Shown: positions 42,149 through 54,450 of the stretch, piece by piece
Position numbering within the stretch: position 1 is the stretch's first letter
Layout of the letters: every line of letters begins with the position of its first letter
NCBI GenBank assembly: GCA_049314335.1
Contig: JBMOFL010000001.1
Coordinates: 1-57,150, forward strand
Length of the DNA stretch: 57,150 bases
From: Rhodoluna sp.
GTDB taxonomy: Bacteria; Actinomycetota; Actinomycetes; Actinomycetales; Microbacteriaceae
Reading direction: 5' to 3'
The notes under the pieces: model-generated
What the model was told of the DNA's origin: nothing
What the model saw: the letters and a program-made list of their open reading frames with translations, nothing else
Database searches by the model: none
Position numbers and translations under genes: made by a program

Positions 42149-42738
42149 CTCTTATCTGAGAGTTGCTCGATCACAGTCTGGGCAACCTGCTTCATTGACA
42201 GCCTTCTATCCATTGATGCCTTTTGAATCCAGCGGAACGCTTCAGGCTCATTGAGTTTCATTTTCTCGGTCAACAACCCCTTAGCCCGATCAACTAACTT
42301 CCGTGTTTCAAGCTTCTCGTTTATCTCATCAACTTCGTTGGCAGACTTAGTCATTCGCTCATGTAGAGAGAGAGCAATTCGCAGGGCTGGGATCAGATTG
42401 CTTGGATTAAAAGGTTTCACAACATAGCTATAGACACCCGCAGCGCTTGCGCGATCTACTAGGTCTGGTGAGCTAAAAGCAGTCAGCAGTACGACCGGAA
42501 GATTGTGCTCGGCCAGAATCTCTGCAGCTTGCAGACCATCTGTGCCTGGCATTTTGATGTCCATGAGCACGAGGTTTGGCTTTAGCTCCAGTGCTAAGCG
42601 AACTGCTTCAGCACCATCGCCAGCCTGCCCAACAACATCAAAGCCAGACTCTCGCAAGGTTTCAACGATGTCCAGTCTGATGATTGCCTCATCTTCAGCA
42701 ACGACAACTCTAGGCATGGCGTCAGCTGGTGTACTCAT
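42145..42738 (-). CDS. pdtaR: ANTAR-domain response regulator (PdtaR orthologue)
   Basis: Receiver domain (AEDE, MDIKMP, KPF) plus ANTAR domain (RKLVDRAKGLL, EAFRWIQKASMDRR). Usual position between polA and tRNA-Leu. Confidence 0.92.
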   Translation of the reverse strand: MSTPADAMPRVVVAEDEAIIRLDIVETLRESGFDVVGQAGDGAEAVRLALELKPNLVLMDIKMPGTDGLQAAEILAEHNLPVVLLTAFSSPDLVDRASAAGVYSYVVKPFNPSNLIPALRIALSLHERMTKSANEVDEINEKLETRKLVDRAKGLLTEKMKLNEPEAFRWIQKASMDRRLSMKQVAQTVIEQLSDKS

Positions 42739-42800
42739 GTCTTTAGATTACTGGGATAAACGTAAATCGCTGGAATGGTTTAGACTTTTCATCGTTACTT

Positions 42801-42886
42801 GCCGAAGTGGCGAAATGGCAGACGCGGAGCACTCAAAATGCTTTGCTCGAAAGGGCGTGTGGGTTCGACTCCCACCTTCGGCACCA
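42801..42886 (+). tRNA. tRNA-Leu(CAA)
   Basis: Acceptor GCCGAAG/CTTCGGC, D-arm, anticodon stem GAGCA-CTCAAAA-TGCTT, long variable arm GCTC-GAAA-GGGC, GGTTCGACT T-loop, encoded ACCA end. Confidence 0.97.
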
Positions 42887-42924
42887 AAGATAAACCCCCA
42901 AGAATCTTGGGGGTTATTTCTTTA
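42887..42924. terminator. Bidirectional terminator between tRNA-Leu and pyk
   Basis: Perfect inverted repeat AACCCCCAAG-AAT-CTTGGGGGTT (42893-42915) with A-rich and T-rich flanks. Confidence 0.8.
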
Positions 42925-44364
42925 TCTTTCGTATGCAGGCGCTGCACCATTAATGGCATCGCCAACTCGATGAACTCGAAGTGAGTTCGTTGAACCTGGT
43001 ATGCCTGGAGGTGTTCCTGCAACAACTACTACTTCATCACCGATCTTGGCTAAGCCTTTACCGATAAGAATCTCGTCAACCTGATGCATCATTGCGTCGG
43101 TATGGCTTACTTCCTGAACCAAGTGAACATTAGATCCCCAAACCAGAGATAGTCTGCGCTGGGTTTCTTCGGACGGAGTGAAGGCGATGGTTGGAATCTC
43201 GTGACGCAATCTTGAAACTCTCCTCAACGAGTCACCGCTTTCGGTGAAAACACAGATGTACTTGGAGCCAAGTAGTTCTGCAATCTCAGCTGCTGCAAGA
43301 GTTACAGCTCCACCGTGGGTGTGTGGCTTGGTGCCAAGTGGCGGAATACGGCTCAAGCCGTTGTCTTCAGTTGATTCGATAATGCTGGCCATAGCAGCAA
43401 CGGTTTCGACTGGGAACTCTCCTACTGAGGTCTCTCCCGAAAGCATTAAGCAGTCAGCACCGTCCAACACAGCGTTAGCAACATCGCTGGCTTCTGCTCT
43501 AGTTGGTCTTGACGCGCTAATCATCGATTCAAGCATTTGAGTTGCAACGATAACAGGCTTAGCCCATCTTCTGGATAGTTCGATAGCTCGCTTTTGTACC
43601 AAAGGTACTTGCCAGAATGGCAGTTCGACACCTAAGTCACCACGGGCAACCATGACACCATCGAAGGCGTCAATAATTTCTTCCAAAGCTTCAACAGCCT
43701 GAGGTTTTTCAATCTTCGCTATAACCGGTAGGAACTTGCCTTCCTCTTTCATGATCTCGTGCACGCGCACAATGTCGGAGGCATTTCTGACGAAAGAAAG
43801 AGCAATCATGTCTACACCTAGGCGAATACCCCAGCGTAAGTCATCCTCATCTTTTTCACTGAGCGCTGGAACATTCACTGCTACGCCAGGAAGGTTAATT
43901 CCTTTGTTGTTACTGATTACCCCTGGTACTTCCACAACGGTTGTTACAGACTTGTCGTCAACGGCAGTTGCTCTTAGTCCAACTTTGCCGTCATCGATTA
44001 GTAGCACATCCCCTACATTCACATCACCTGGAAGACCCTTGAAGGTGGTCGAGCAGATGTTAATGTCGCCCTGAATGTCTTCGATTGTTATGGTGAAGGT
44101 TGCGCCTTTGGTTAGAGTTACCGGTCCATCGGCAAAGCGACCCAGTCTAATCTTCGGTCCCTGTAGGTCCACGAAGATTCCGACCGGTTTGTTTAGATCT
44201 GCGGCTACCTGCCTAACAATCTTGTATAGGCCTTCATGAACGTCGTAACTTCCATGGCTGAGGTTCATTCTTGCAACATCCACACCAGCTTCAACAATTG
44301 CTTTGATGGATTCGTAGGTTGATACTGCTGGCCCTAGGGTCGCAATTATTTTGGCGCGTCTCAT
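42922..44364 (-). CDS. pyk: Pyruvate kinase
   Basis: AKIIATLGP, RMNLSHG, DLQGPKIR, AKIEKP, MVARGDLGVE, ATQMLESM, MLSGET. Confidence 0.98.
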   Translation of the reverse strand: MRRAKIIATLGPAVSTYESIKAIVEAGVDVARMNLSHGSYDVHEGLYKIVRQVAADLNKPVGIFVDLQGPKIRLGRFADGPVTLTKGATFTITIEDIQGDINICSTTFKGLPGDVNVGDVLLIDDGKVGLRATAVDDKSVTTVVEVPGVISNNKGINLPGVAVNVPALSEKDEDDLRWGIRLGVDMIALSFVRNASDIVRVHEIMKEEGKFLPVIAKIEKPQAVEALEEIIDAFDGVMVARGDLGVELPFWQVPLVQKRAIELSRRWAKPVIVATQMLESMISASRPTRAEASDVANAVLDGADCLMLSGETSVGEFPVETVAAMASIIESTEDNGLSRIPPLGTKPHTHGGAVTLAAAEIAELLGSKYICVFTESGDSLRRVSRLRHEIPTIAFTPSEETQRRLSLVWGSNVHLVQEVSHTDAMMHQVDEILIGKGLAKIGDEVVVVAGTPPGIPGSTNSLRVHRVGDAINGAAPAYER

Positions 44365-44408
44365 GTTTTCCTTTTTACTTGCATTGCATTAGTTAGCCTA
44401 CCGAACAG

Positions 44409-45863
44409 CTAGGCATGTATCCCGACATCGGTTGGTTTGACAGGGAAAGGTAGTGATGTGGAGCCCTCTAGGTACTCATCGATAGCAGATGCTGCTGCTC
44501 GGCCTTCGGCGATTGCCCATACAATTAGGCTCGCTCCTCTACCAGCATCACCAGCTACGAAAACACCATCTATGTTTGTTGAGTACTTCTGATTGCGAGC
44601 AAGGTTCTCTTTAGCATCAGTTTCAACAGCGGTTGCATCGACAGAGATCGCTGTTTCTGGACCTGTGAAGCCTAGAGCTAGTAGCACTAGATCAGCCTCG
44701 ATCACTGTCTCTGTTCCAGGCTTAGGAACACGCCTACCATCAACAAACTCTGTCTCAGCTATTTCGATTCCTGTTACCTCACCATCAGTACCGATAAATC
44801 GAACTGTGTTTGCTAGGTACTTTCTCTCACCGAATTCTTCGTGCGCGCTGGCAATCTCGAACAAGTTAGGAAAGGTTGGCCAAGGTTGGTTCTCGCTACG
44901 CTCTGTTGGTGGCTGGTTGCCGATTGCCATTGTGGTAACTGAGGTAGCACCCTGTCGAGTGGCGGTGCCTAGACAGTCAGCTCCAGTGTCACCACCACCC
45001 AAAATCACTACCTTCTTACCGCTGGCAACAATCTGGTCCGCTACATCTTGACCCGCGACAGACCAGTTAGCTTGAGTTAGATAGTCCATGGCGAAGTGAA
45101 TGCCCTTAAGCTCTCGTCCTTCAATCTTCAGGTCGCGAGGCTTGGGAGCACCAGTTGCTATTAGTACTGCTTCATATCTTCTGAACAGATCGTCCCAGGT
45201 AATGTCTGTGCCGATAGCTACACCTGTGCGGAATCTGGTTCCCTCGGCTTCCATTTGCTCAAGTCTGCGATCGATGTGATGTTTTTCCATCTTGAAATCT
45301 GGGATGCCGTATCGAAGTAGTCCGCCAATTTGTTGGTCTTTCTCGTATACGGCGACAGTGTGACCTGCGCGAGTAAGTTGCTGAGCTGCAGCAAGTCCAG
45401 CAGGGCCAGATCCTACAATCGCAACTGTCTTGCCAGTCATTCTTTCTGGAGCATGTGCATGTACCCAACCCTTATCGAACGCCTGCTCGATAATTGAAGC
45501 CTCGATCTCCTTGATAGTTACAGCTGGTTGGTTAATACCTAAGACGCAGGAGCTTTCGCAAGGTGCGGGACAAAGCTTTCCAGTGAACTCAGGGAAGTTG
45601 TTGGTGGCATGCAATCTCTCGATAGCTGACTTGCCATCCTGTCGCCAAGTCAGGTCATTCCATTCAGGTATCAGATTTCCCAATGGGCAGCCATGGTGGC
45701 AGAACGCTATTCCGCAATCCATGCATCTACCTGCTTGGTTCTTTAGTACCGCTGTATCGGTAGGCTCGTAAACCTCTTTCCAGTCCTTGATACGCACTTC
45801 AATCGGACGACGTTTAGCTGTCTCTCGCTCAGTTACTTTAAGAAATCCTCTAGGATCGGCCAT
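44409..45863 (-). CDS. gltD: Glutamate synthase small subunit
   Basis: [35 protein letters not shown]. Confidence 0.97.
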   Translation of the reverse strand: MADPRGFLKVTERETAKRRPIEVRIKDWKEVYEPTDTAVLKNQAGRCMDCGIAFCHHGCPLGNLIPEWNDLTWRQDGKSAIERLHATNNFPEFTGKLCPAPCESSCVLGINQPAVTIKEIEASIIEQAFDKGWVHAHAPERMTGKTVAIVGSGPAGLAAAQQLTRAGHTVAVYEKDQQIGGLLRYGIPDFKMEKHHIDRRLEQMEAEGTRFRTGVAIGTDITWDDLFRRYEAVLIATGAPKPRDLKIEGRELKGIHFAMDYLTQANWSVAGQDVADQIVASGKKVVILGGGDTGADCLGTATRQGATSVTTMAIGNQPPTERSENQPWPTFPNLFEIASAHEEFGERKYLANTVRFIGTDGEVTGIEIAETEFVDGRRVPKPGTETVIEADLVLLALGFTGPETAISVDATAVETDAKENLARNQKYSTNIDGVFVAGDAGRGASLIVWAIAEGRAAASAIDEYLEGSTSLPFPVKPTDVGIHA

Positions 45864-48800
45864 TGACGCTCACCTCCAAAATCCTTTGCCACACTGCTGA
45901 ACCATCAAGGTCCTCACCATTCAAAATTGCTGCCGCCTGAATCTTCTTGACGTTTGCATAGTCTCTTGGCAGTACCTTGGTGAACTCTTTCACGGTTGCA
46001 TCGAAATCAGCTATTAGTCTCTCGGCTAACTTCGAACCGGTTTCGGTTTGATGCCTAATCAAAATGGCTTTCAAAACTTCTTGGTCTGACTCATCAAGAG
46101 GAAGAAGATCAAGTTCACCATCGGCTAGCGCACTATGGTTTACTAGGTCAGCTCTGAGTTTGTAGACATAAGCTACACCTCCAGACATGCCAGCAGCAAA
46201 GTTTTTACCAGTCCTACCTAGAATGACGGCTTTGCCACCAGTCATGTATTCCAAGCCATGATCGCCAACACCCTCAACAACTGCAGTTGCTCCCGAGTTT
46301 CTAACTAGGAATCGCTCGCCCACAATACCTGAAAGGAACATGCTTCCGCTGGTCGCACCGTAACCTATAACGTTTCCTGCAATAACGTTTTGTTCAGCTG
46401 GGAAGACGGAACTCTCTGAAGGCTTAACAACAATCACACCACCTGATAATCCCTTACCTACATAATCGTTTGAGTCACCAGAGATAGTGAGTTTGACTCC
46501 TTTAGGAATGAAAGCTCCAAAAGATTGACCAGCTGAGCCAGTTACACGAATGTCAATAGTTCCTTCGGGTAACCCAGCAACGCCATAGAGTTTGGTAACT
46601 TCATGGCCAAGCATGGTGCCTACTGCCTGAGCAGTGTTTCTTATAGGTAATTCGATGATGACCTTCTGCGCATCTTCTAGCGCTGCGGTGCTCAATGCAA
46701 TTAGTTCATGGTCGAAGTGCTTCTCAAGCTCGTGATCCTGGTAAGTGAATCTTCGCAATGGCCCGGTGTTTGGTTGAGGAGCAGACAGGATTGGTGTCAG
46801 GTCAAGACCATCTGCCTTCCAATGTGAAATTGCTCTGTTGGCATCAAGAAGTTCACTGTGACCGATAGCTTCATCCAGTGATCTGAAACCAAGGTTCGCT
46901 AAGTATTCTCTTACCTCTTCCGCCAAGAAAAGGAAGAAGTTCACAACATGCTGAGCCTGTCCAGTGAAGCGTGCTCTTAGGTCAGGGTTCTGAGTCGCAA
47001 CACCTACAGGACAGGTGTCTAAGTGGCACACTCGCATCATCACACAACCTGATACCACCAGAGGTGCTGTTGCAAAACCAAACTCTTCAGCACCAAGTAG
47101 TGCGGCGATAACAACATCTCGCCCAGTCTTCATCTGTCCGTCAACCTGAACGGATACACGATCTCTTAGGCCATTGACCATTAGAGTCTGTTGTGTTTCT
47201 GCAAGTCCTAGCTCCCAAGGAGTACCGGCGTGCTTAAGCGAGTTTAGCGGTGATGCACCAGTGCCACCGTCATGACCAGAAACCAGAATCACATCAGCTT
47301 TAGCTTTAGCAACACCGGCAGCGACAGTTCCAATACCAACTTGGCTAACTAACTTGACGTGCACACGAGCACTTGAGTTTGCTCGCTTGAGGTCAAAGAT
47401 GAGTTGCTTGAGGTCTTCAATTGAATAGATGTCGTGATGCGGTGGTGGAGAGATTAAGCCCACTCCAGGGGTTGAGTGTCTAATGTCTGCAATCCACGGG
47501 TAGACCTTGTTAGGAGGTAACTGGCCACCTTCGCCAGGCTTCGCTCCTTGAGCCATCTTGATTTGAATATCATCTGCGTGTGAGAGGTACATGCTGGTAA
47601 CACCAAAACGCCCCGATGCAACCTGCTTGATCGCACTTCTTCTTGCTGGGTCCAGTAGACGTCCAACCTCTTCGCCACCTTCACCGGTGTTTGACTTAGC
47701 GCCAAGCATGTTCATTGCTATAGCCAAGGTTTCATGAGCCTCAGGTGAAATCGAACCGTAAGACATCGCCCCTGTTGAGAATCGTTTGACGATTTCTGAG
47801 GCTGGTTCAACCTCGCTAAGTGGAACAGCAGGTCGCAAACCCTCGCGAAGCAGGAATAGCCCTCGTAGAGTCATTAGTTGCTCAGCCTGATCGTCAATCA
47901 GCTTTGTGTACTGCTTGAAAATGTCGAAGCGCTTGGTCTTAGTTGCGTGCTGCAACTTGAATATCGTTTCTGGGTTGAAAAGGTGCGGCGGACCCTCTCG
48001 ACGCCACTGGTATTCGCCACCTACTTCAAGTTCCTCGTGTGGTCGTATCGCTCGTTCGATTGGATACGCACTTGAATGTCTTGTTGTGATCTCTTGAACG
48101 ATAACTTCAATGCCGATTCCACCGAGCTGGCTTGTTGTTCCGGTGAAATAGGCATCAACAAACTCTTGTGAAAGACCAATTGCTTCGAAGCATTGAGCGC
48201 CTGAGTAGGAAGACACAGTCGAGATTCCCATTTTCGACATGATCTTTAGAACACCTTTACCAAGACCCTTAATCATGTTCTTGGTGGCCTGCTCAATGGT
48301 CAAGCCCTGAATAGTTCCATTGCGAACCATCAGTTCAACCGATTCGATAACGAGGTAAGGGTTAATTGCCGCAGCTCCGAAGCCAATAAGTGCCGCAACG
48401 TGATGAACCTCTCTAACATCTCCAGCCTCAACAACTAAACCAACCTTGGTTCGGTTACCAGTTTTGATGAGATGGTGATGAACAGCTGAAGTGAGCAACA
48501 GGCTAGGGATTGGAGCTAGCTCTCTGTTACTGTCACGGTCTGAGACCACAACGAAGTTGCAACCAGCTGCAACAGCTTCATCCAATTCGAGACAAACTTC
48601 TTTCAGTCGCTGAACTAGTGCGTCTGATCCTTCATCAACCCTGAAAAGTCCCTTAACGATATGAGATTTACCGATGCCGGAGTCTTCGCTGAACTTAATC
48701 TTCGAGATTTCATCATTGGTGAGAACCGGGAAATCAAGAACTACCATTCGGGCATGTTCAGGTGTAGCGGTGAGAAGGTTTTGTTCAGGTCCGATACCAA

Positions 48801-50409
48801 CTCCGAGCGAGGTAACGATCTCTTCGCGAATGCTATCTAGTGGAGGGTTAGTAACTTGGGCAAACTGTTGCACAAAGTAGTCAAAGAGTAACCTTGGTCT
48901 ATCGCTCAGTGCAGCTATTGGAGTATCGGAACCCATAGCACCAAGCGGCTCTGCTCCTGTTCGTGCCATTGGCGCAATTAGGATACGAAGTTCTTCTTCG
49001 TTATAACCAAATGTTCGTTGCCTGCGGCTTACTGAACTCTTTGTGTAGGCAACGTGCTCGCGCTCAGGCAAATCTTTTAGGTTGATCCGGTTCTCAGCAA
49101 GCCACTTACCCCATGGCTCTGCAGCAGCTATCTCGGCTTTGATTTCGGAGTCATCGATTAGACGGCCTGTTGCAGTGTCAGCTAGGAACATACGTCCAGG
49201 TTGCAATCTGCCTTTGCGTACGATTCGACTTGGATCGATGTCGACAACACCAATTTCAGAAGCTAAAACAACTAGTCCATCTTCCGTGACAATGTATCTT
49301 CCAGGTCTAAGTCCGTTGCGGTCGAGAGTTGCCCCCACCAAGTTTCCATCGGTGAAGATCACAGCAGCTGGACCGTCCCACGGTTCCATAAGCATGGAGT
49401 GGTATTCGTAGAAGTCACGCAACTGAGGGTCCATGTCGGTTTGCTTTTCCCAAGCTTCAGGGATCATCATCATCATTGCGTGTGGCAGCGACCTACCTGA
49501 CTGCACTAGAAGTTCTAGAACCTCATCAAACGATGCTGAGTCGCTTCCTCCAGGTGTAACGATTGGCTTCAGTAGATCGATTTCAGTCAGAAGCTCGGAG
49601 CTAAGCCGTGCTTCCCTAGCTCGCATCCAGTTTCTATTGCCCTTTACAGTGTTGATTTCACCATTGTGCGCAATCATTCTGAACGGGTGTGCCAATGGCC
49701 AAGAAGGGAAAGTGTTAGTTGAGAAGCGTGAATGAACAAGAGCAAGCTTTGATTCGAATGTCTCATCGCTTAGATCTGGATAGAAAGGTTCGAGTTGCAA
49801 GGTAGTGACCATGCCTTTGTAGACAATGGTCTTTGTCGATAGTGAAGGATGGTAAACCGTTGACTCTCGCTCAGAAATCTTTCTAACGAAATATAGTTCA
49901 CGCTCGAGACTTTCAGATGGTATGCCCTTAGCAGCTGCTACGAAAACCTGAAAAATCTGAGGCATGGCTGCTCGTGCTAAATCACCGAGTGAGTCTGGAT
50001 TAGTTGGAACGTCTCGAACTCCGAGAAGATTCAGTCCACGTGATTCACATATCTTGGCAAACGATGCTGCAAAGTTGCGTGAATCGTGTTCCTCATCGAG
50101 GAAAACAAGTCCAGCACCATAAGCGCCAGATTCCGGAAGATCGAAATCAACTACAGATCTAAAGAATCGGTCAGGAATCTGTGTAATGATTCCTGCACCA
50201 TCGCCAGTTCCTGCATCAGAACCTATTGCGCCACGGTGTTCGAGATTCCTTAGTGCGCCTAAAGCGGTGTCGATGATGTCATGACCTGCTGTGCCACGAA
50301 GTGTTGCAACCATGGCAAGGCCACAGGCGTCTTTATCGCGGGCAGGGTCGTATAGGCCTGATGCTGCTGGAGCGGTATTGAACCGCTCAAACGGCGACTG
50401 ACCAGACAT
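45850..50409 (-). CDS. gltB: Glutamate synthase large subunit
   Basis: KDA/CG N-terminal nucleophile, [46 protein letters not shown] 50409 has a GGAG SD (ORF track start 50421). Confidence 0.97.
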   Translation of the reverse strand: MSGQSPFERFNTAPAASGLYDPARDKDACGLAMVATLRGTAGHDIIDTALGALRNLEHRGAIGSDAGTGDGAGIITQIPDRFFRSVVDFDLPESGAYGAGLVFLDEEHDSRNFAASFAKICESRGLNLLGVRDVPTNPDSLGDLARAAMPQIFQVFVAAAKGIPSESLERELYFVRKISERESTVYHPSLSTKTIVYKGMVTTLQLEPFYPDLSDETFESKLALVHSRFSTNTFPSWPLAHPFRMIAHNGEINTVKGNRNWMRAREARLSSELLTEIDLLKPIVTPGGSDSASFDEVLELLVQSGRSLPHAMMMMIPEAWEKQTDMDPQLRDFYEYHSMLMEPWDGPAAVIFTDGNLVGATLDRNGLRPGRYIVTEDGLVVLASEIGVVDIDPSRIVRKGRLQPGRMFLADTATGRLIDDSEIKAEIAAAEPWGKWLAENRINLKDLPEREHVAYTKSSVSRRQRTFGYNEEELRILIAPMARTGAEPLGAMGSDTPIAALSDRPRLLFDYFVQQFAQVTNPPLDSIREEIVTSLGVGIGPEQNLLTATPEHARMVVLDFPVLTNDEISKIKFSEDSGIGKSHIVKGLFRVDEGSDALVQRLKEVCLELDEAVAAGCNFVVVSDRDSNRELAPIPSLLLTSAVHHHLIKTGNRTKVGLVVEAGDVREVHHVAALIGFGAAAINPYLVIESVELMVRNGTIQGLTIEQATKNMIKGLGKGVLKIMSKMGISTVSSYSGAQCFEAIGLSQEFVDAYFTGTTSQLGGIGIEVIVQEITTRHSSAYPIERAIRPHEELEVGGEYQWRREGPPHLFNPETIFKLQHATKTKRFDIFKQYTKLIDDQAEQLMTLRGLFLLREGLRPAVPLSEVEPASEIVKRFSTGAMSYGSISPEAHETLAIAMNMLGAKSNTGEGGEEVGRLLDPARRSAIKQVASGRFGVTSMYLSHADDIQIKMAQGAKPGEGGQLPPNKVYPWIADIRHSTPGVGLISPPPHHDIYSIEDLKQLIFDLKRANSSARVHVKLVSQVGIGTVAAGVAKAKADVILVSGHDGGTGASPLNSLKHAGTPWELGLAETQQTLMVNGLRDRVSVQVDGQMKTGRDVVIAALLGAEEFGFATAPLVVSGCVMMRVCHLDTCPVGVATQNPDLRARFTGQAQHVVNFFLFLAEEVREYLANLGFRSLDEAIGHSELLDANRAISHWKADGLDLTPILSAPQPNTGPLRRFTYQDHELEKHFDHELIALSTAALEDAQKVIIELPIRNTAQAVGTMLGHEVTKLYGVAGLPEGTIDIRVTGSAGQSFGAFIPKGVKLTISGDSNDYVGKGLSGGVIVVKPSESSVFPAEQNVIAGNVIGYGATSGSMFLSGIVGERFLVRNSGATAVVEGVGDHGLEYMTGGKAVILGRTGKNFAAGMSGGVAYVYKLRADLVNHSALADGELDLLPLDESDQEVLKAILIRHQTETGSKLAERLIADFDATVKEFTKVLPRDYANVKKIQAAAILNGEDLDGSAVWQRILEVSVNGRS

Positions 50410-50474
50410 GTCGAACTCCATTCAAATTGATGTGATGGGGACGACGATGGCCCAAACTTCGGTGAAGAGGGAAC

Positions 50475-51446
50475 TTAGTCCTTCTCTTTGGATTGAGCCA
50501 ATTCTACTTCAGACTCCTCGACTGCAGAAGTAAGGCTTTCATCAGCACTGGCACTTTGAGCCGCTGCGAGCTGCTTGTTGCTGCGTCCAGGTAAATAGCC
50601 AGTGGTCTCAATCCCAGTGTGGCGGGCCCTCTGTATCATAAACAGCGCCAAACCAAGTAACAAGCCAACCAGAGCCGATATTTGGTTAGTTCTAAGACCC
50701 AGCACAACATCGCTCGGGTCAAGCCTGATCCCCTCAATGAAGAATCTTCCGAATGAATACCACATTAGATATAGGGCGAACATACGTCCCCAACGTAGGT
50801 TGAATCTCTGCTCGAGAAGCAAAAGTATGACCACACCCAGCAATGACCACAATGATTCATAGAGGAAAGTTGGGTGGAAGGTTAGTCCTTCCGGAAGGCC
50901 AAGTGGATAACTAGGGTTGAAGCTTGATATCTCTAAACCCCACGGGAGGTCAGTTGGAGCGCCAAATAGCTCGTTGTTGAAGTAGTTACCCCAACGTCCA
51001 AGTGCTTGAGCTGCCAATAGTCCTGGCACAAGGGCGTCTGCAAAACTTAGGAATCGAATTCCAGCTGATTCAATCTTGAGAGCCTTGATGTCGACCTGAC
51101 ATGCAATGTATGCACCGATAGATCCAAAGATGATAGCTCCATAGATTGCAAGACCACCCTCCCAGAGCCTGAACATTGAAGTCCAATCGCGACCTGGGCC
51201 AAAATAATCATTAAGGTGTGTGGCGACGTGGAATAAACGTCCACCGATAATTCCAAAAGGAACAGCCCAGATAGCAATGTCAATTGCAAGTCCGGCTTCC
51301 ATTCCTCTGGCTTTCATTCGCCCAGCGGTAACAACTGTCGCAACAACAATACCTGCGAGTATGAACAGTGCATAGTAGTGAACAGTTATTGGACCGAGCG
51401 TGAAACTCGATACTGTCGGTGATGGAATTGAATAGAAAACTGACAT
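50475..51446 (-). CDS. lgt: Prolipoprotein diacylglyceryl transferase
   Basis: GGRLFHV, WEGGLAIYG, GRWGNYFNNELFG, HPTFLYES, RFFIEGIR. Confidence 0.95.
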   Translation of the reverse strand: MSVFYSIPSPTVSSFTLGPITVHYYALFILAGIVVATVVTAGRMKARGMEAGLAIDIAIWAVPFGIIGGRLFHVATHLNDYFGPGRDWTSMFRLWEGGLAIYGAIIFGSIGAYIACQVDIKALKIESAGIRFLSFADALVPGLLAAQALGRWGNYFNNELFGAPTDLPWGLEISSFNPSYPLGLPEGLTFHPTFLYESLWSLLGVVILLLLEQRFNLRWGRMFALYLMWYSFGRFFIEGIRLDPSDVVLGLRTNQISALVGLLLGLALFMIQRARHTGIETTGYLPGRSNKQLAAAQSASADESLTSAVEESEVELAQSKEKD

Positions 51447-51448
51447 GG

Positions 51449-52228
51449 TTACATACCGCCCTTGAGTTGTTTTACAGTCTTACGTAGCTCTGCAATCCCA
51501 CCGTCACGGTAGGCCCTAATGAAAACGCTTCCCACGATAGCCCCATCAGCGTAAGAGTTTACTTCAGAGACTTGATCTGCAGTTGATATTCCGATACCCA
51601 CACAGACAGGTACCTGAGTGTGAGTGTCTCGAACACCGGAAACAACTCCTCGTGCTTTAGCGTCGAGGTCTTCCCTAGCCCCAGTTATACCCATTGTGGA
51701 AACTGCGTAAATGAATCCTCTGCTCAACTTGCCTACTTGCTCGAGGCGTTTCTGAGATGAAGAAGGTGTGGCCATGAATACTCTGTCAAGCTCTAGCTGG
51801 TCTGAAAAATCTAGCCAGTCAGCAGCTTCATCAGGAATCAAATCAGGTGTTATTAGTCCTGCTCCACCGGCGGCTTTAAGGTCTTTTGCAAATCTCTCGA
51901 CTCCGTACTGCATAATCGGATTCCAGTAGCTCATAACTAAGACAGGTGTATCGACCCGAGAGGTAATTTCCTTAACCATGTTGAAGAACATGCTCAGTTT
52001 GAAGCCGTTAGTCAAAGCTTGCTCGGTCGCAACTTGAATCACTAGACCGTCCATAACTGGGTCACTATATGGAACACCAAGTTCTAGAATATCGATTCCT
52101 GATTCGCACATGGCAACGCATGCTTCAACAGAATCTGCAACCGTTGGGTAGCCAGCTGGGAAGTATCCAATGAGAGCAGGTTCGCCCTTCTTGGCTAGAT
52201 CGTGCAGAAGCTCTTCAGTTCTACTCAT
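51449..52228 (-). CDS. trpA: Tryptophan synthase alpha chain
   Basis: ELGVPYSDPVMDG, MSYWNP, GITGAR, DGAIVGS. Confidence 0.96.
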   Translation of the reverse strand: MSRTEELLHDLAKKGEPALIGYFPAGYPTVADSVEACVAMCESGIDILELGVPYSDPVMDGLVIQVATEQALTNGFKLSMFFNMVKEITSRVDTPVLVMSYWNPIMQYGVERFAKDLKAAGGAGLITPDLIPDEAADWLDFSDQLELDRVFMATPSSSQKRLEQVGKLSRGFIYAVSTMGITGAREDLDAKARGVVSGVRDTHTQVPVCVGIGISTADQVSEVNSYADGAIVGSVFIRAYRDGGIAELRKTVKQLKGGM

Positions 52229-52231
52229 GAT

Positions 52232-53437
52232 TTACTCCAGGAATCCAAAGTATTTACCGACAGTTTCCATGTCTTTATCACCACGACCACTTAGGTTCAA
52301 TAGCACCGAAGAACCAGCAGGCAGAGTATGGCCATACTTGATTACGCCAGCCAGAGCATGAGAGGTTTCGATTGCTGGAATAATTCCCTCGGTCTGTGAC
52401 AGAGCTTTCAACGCTTGCATAGCTTCGTCATCACTTATTCCGAAGTACTGGGCTCTATTCAAATCCTTCAACCATGAATGCTCAGGGCCAACGCCAGGGT
52501 AATCAAGGCCTGCAGAGATCGAGTGGCTTTCTACTGTTTGTCCATCTTCGTCTTGCAACATGTAACTCTTGGCTCCGTGCAGAACCCCAACTTTGCCTTT
52601 GTTCAGAGTAGCCGCATGACGCATGGTGTCCATTCCATCACCAGCAGCTTCGAAACCCCATAGAGCAACATCTTCATCATCTAGGAATGCGTGGAACAAG
52701 CCAATCGCGTTTGAGCCTCCACCTACACATGCAGTTACTACATCTGGAAGGAAGCCGAAGTCATCAAGCATCTGCTGGCGGGCCTCGCGTCCGATCACAG
52801 AGTGAAAGTCTCTAACGATTGTTGGGAATGGGTGCGGCCCTGCTACTGTGCCAAGAAGATAGTGAGTGTCATCTACGTTGGCAACCCAATCGCGCAATGC
52901 CTCGTTGATTGCATCCTTTAGAGTTCTTGAACCTGTTGTCACAGGAACAACTTCAGCTCCCAGTAACTTCATTCTTGCTACGTTTAGTGCTTGTCTTTGA
53001 GTATCAACTTCACCCATGTAAACAACACACTCAAGACCGAATAACGCGGCTGCTGTTGCACTGGCTACTCCATGCTGACCTGCTCCGGTTTCAGCAATAA
53101 TCCTCTTCTTACCCATACGTTTAGCAAGTAGTGCTTGACCGATAACGTTGTTAATCTTGTGCGAGCCTGTGTGATTTAGATCTTCACGCTTTAGCAGCAC
53201 GCGTATGTCGCCGGCAAGTGCTGCAAACTTAGGAACCTCTGTGATGATTGATGGTCTACCTACATATGTCTTGTTGAGTTCATCTAACTCGAGGGCAAAC
53301 GTAGGGTCTGCCTTCGCCAGAGCGTAAGTCTCTTCCAACTGGTCCAGAGCGGCAATAAGGGATTCAGGCACGAAGCGGCCTCCATACTCTCCAAAGTATG
53401 GGCCATCTTGCGCTTTAAGCGAGATCTTGTCTGTCAT
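52232..53437 (-). CDS. trpB: Tryptophan synthase beta chain
   Basis: [12 protein letters not shown] (PLP Lys), [33 protein letters not shown]. Confidence 0.98.
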   Translation of the reverse strand: MTDKISLKAQDGPYFGEYGGRFVPESLIAALDQLEETYALAKADPTFALELDELNKTYVGRPSIITEVPKFAALAGDIRVLLKREDLNHTGSHKINNVIGQALLAKRMGKKRIIAETGAGQHGVASATAAALFGLECVVYMGEVDTQRQALNVARMKLLGAEVVPVTTGSRTLKDAINEALRDWVANVDDTHYLLGTVAGPHPFPTIVRDFHSVIGREARQQMLDDFGFLPDVVTACVGGGSNAIGLFHAFLDDEDVALWGFEAAGDGMDTMRHAATLNKGKVGVLHGAKSYMLQDEDGQTVESHSISAGLDYPGVGPEHSWLKDLNRAQYFGISDDEAMQALKALSQTEGIIPAIETSHALAGVIKYGHTLPAGSSVLLNLSGRGDKDMETVGKYFGFLE

Positions 53438-53440
53438 CTT

Positions 53441-54226
53441 CTAAAGTCTAATCTTTGGAACTGATGTGAACTGCTCCAAAAGTGATTGCGCATCGCCTAT
53501 AACTAGGGCTTCACCAACAAGGACCATGTCAGCACCTGAGTTTGCATAGGCCTTGACGTCGGCTTCGTTACGAACAGCTGACTCCGCTACTGCAATGCAG
53601 TCGGCTGGAAGTGCGACAGCCAGGGTCTGGAAAAGCTCTCGGTCTGTTTCAAAAGTGGACAGATCCCTCGCGTTTATGCCTATCAATTTGGCGCCAACAT
53701 CTATAGCCCTCGATACTTCGTCAGCGTTATGAGTTTCGACAAAAGGTGTCATTCCAAAGCTCTCGACAAAACGAGTTAGATGTTCGAGATCCTTCTGCTC
53801 AAGGCCTGCAACTATTAGCAGTACTAGATCTGCTCCATAAGCCCTAGCTTCAAGAACCTGTTGCTCAAGTGCTACAAAGTCCTTACGAAGGATAGGGATA
53901 GACACTGCACTTCGAACATTTGCCAAATCCTCTAAAGTTCCCTTGAACTTGCGACCTTCGGTGAGCACACTTATTGCGGAAGCTCCACTTGCTTCGTAAA
54001 TTTTTGCTAAACCTGCAGCGTCTGGAATCTCAGCGAGATCACCTTTAGATGGACTTGCACGTTTGATCTCTGCGATGACTTGAATGTTGTCGCCTGAATC
54101 AAAGCTGGCTAGAGCATTGATTGGCGGAAGTGCAGATGCGATCAATCTTTCTAAGTCAGGTATGGAGACGGAATCCAAACGGGCGTGAGCATCAGCGATA
54201 GCGCCAGCGTAGAGATCCTTGAGCAT
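53441..54226 (-). CDS. trpC: Indole-3-glycerol phosphate synthase
   Basis: IAEIKRASPSKG, SVLTE, LRKDF, GINARDL. Confidence 0.95.
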   Translation of the reverse strand: MLKDLYAGAIADAHARLDSVSIPDLERLIASALPPINALASFDSGDNIQVIAEIKRASPSKGDLAEIPDAAGLAKIYEASGASAISVLTEGRKFKGTLEDLANVRSAVSIPILRKDFVALEQQVLEARAYGADLVLLIVAGLEQKDLEHLTRFVESFGMTPFVETHNADEVSRAIDVGAKLIGINARDLSTFETDRELFQTLAVALPADCIAVAESAVRNEADVKAYANSGADMVLVGEALVIGDAQSLLEQFTSVPKIRL

Positions 54227-54450
54227 TACTTCTTAGAGGATGTGGCTCGGTCGACGCCGTAACCTAGCTTGGACAACACTGGGCCCAATGGAATTGCAAG
54301 AACTGTGAGTACGGTGCCGACAGCAACTAGAGTTCCATCTGGAATGACGACACCTAAGGTGCCCAGCGTAACGCCAATAGTTGCTGTGATTACTGCAGAC
54401 CATGCTGCAATTGAATGACCGTGACCTGGTTCGTTTTCGTGATTACTCAT
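54226..54450 (-). CDS. HGxxPAAW-type small membrane protein of the trp cluster
   Basis: GHGHSIAAW motif, two TMs, C-terminal LGYG. AGGAGAGG SD; 1-nt overlap with trpC. Confidence 0.8.
   Translation of the reverse strand: MSNHENEPGHGHSIAAWSAVITATIGVTLGTLGVVIPDGTLVAVGTVLTVLAIPLGPVLSKLGYGVDRATSSKK

Noticed and set aside
42801-42921. Integrated element at tRNA-Leu
   Set aside because: The tRNA is followed directly by a terminator and pyk, with no integrase or duplicated 3' end.
42503-43025. ORFs spanning the tRNA (42503-42973, 42795-43025, 42799-42984)
   Set aside because: They are translations of tRNA-Leu and antisense pdtaR/pyk sequence.
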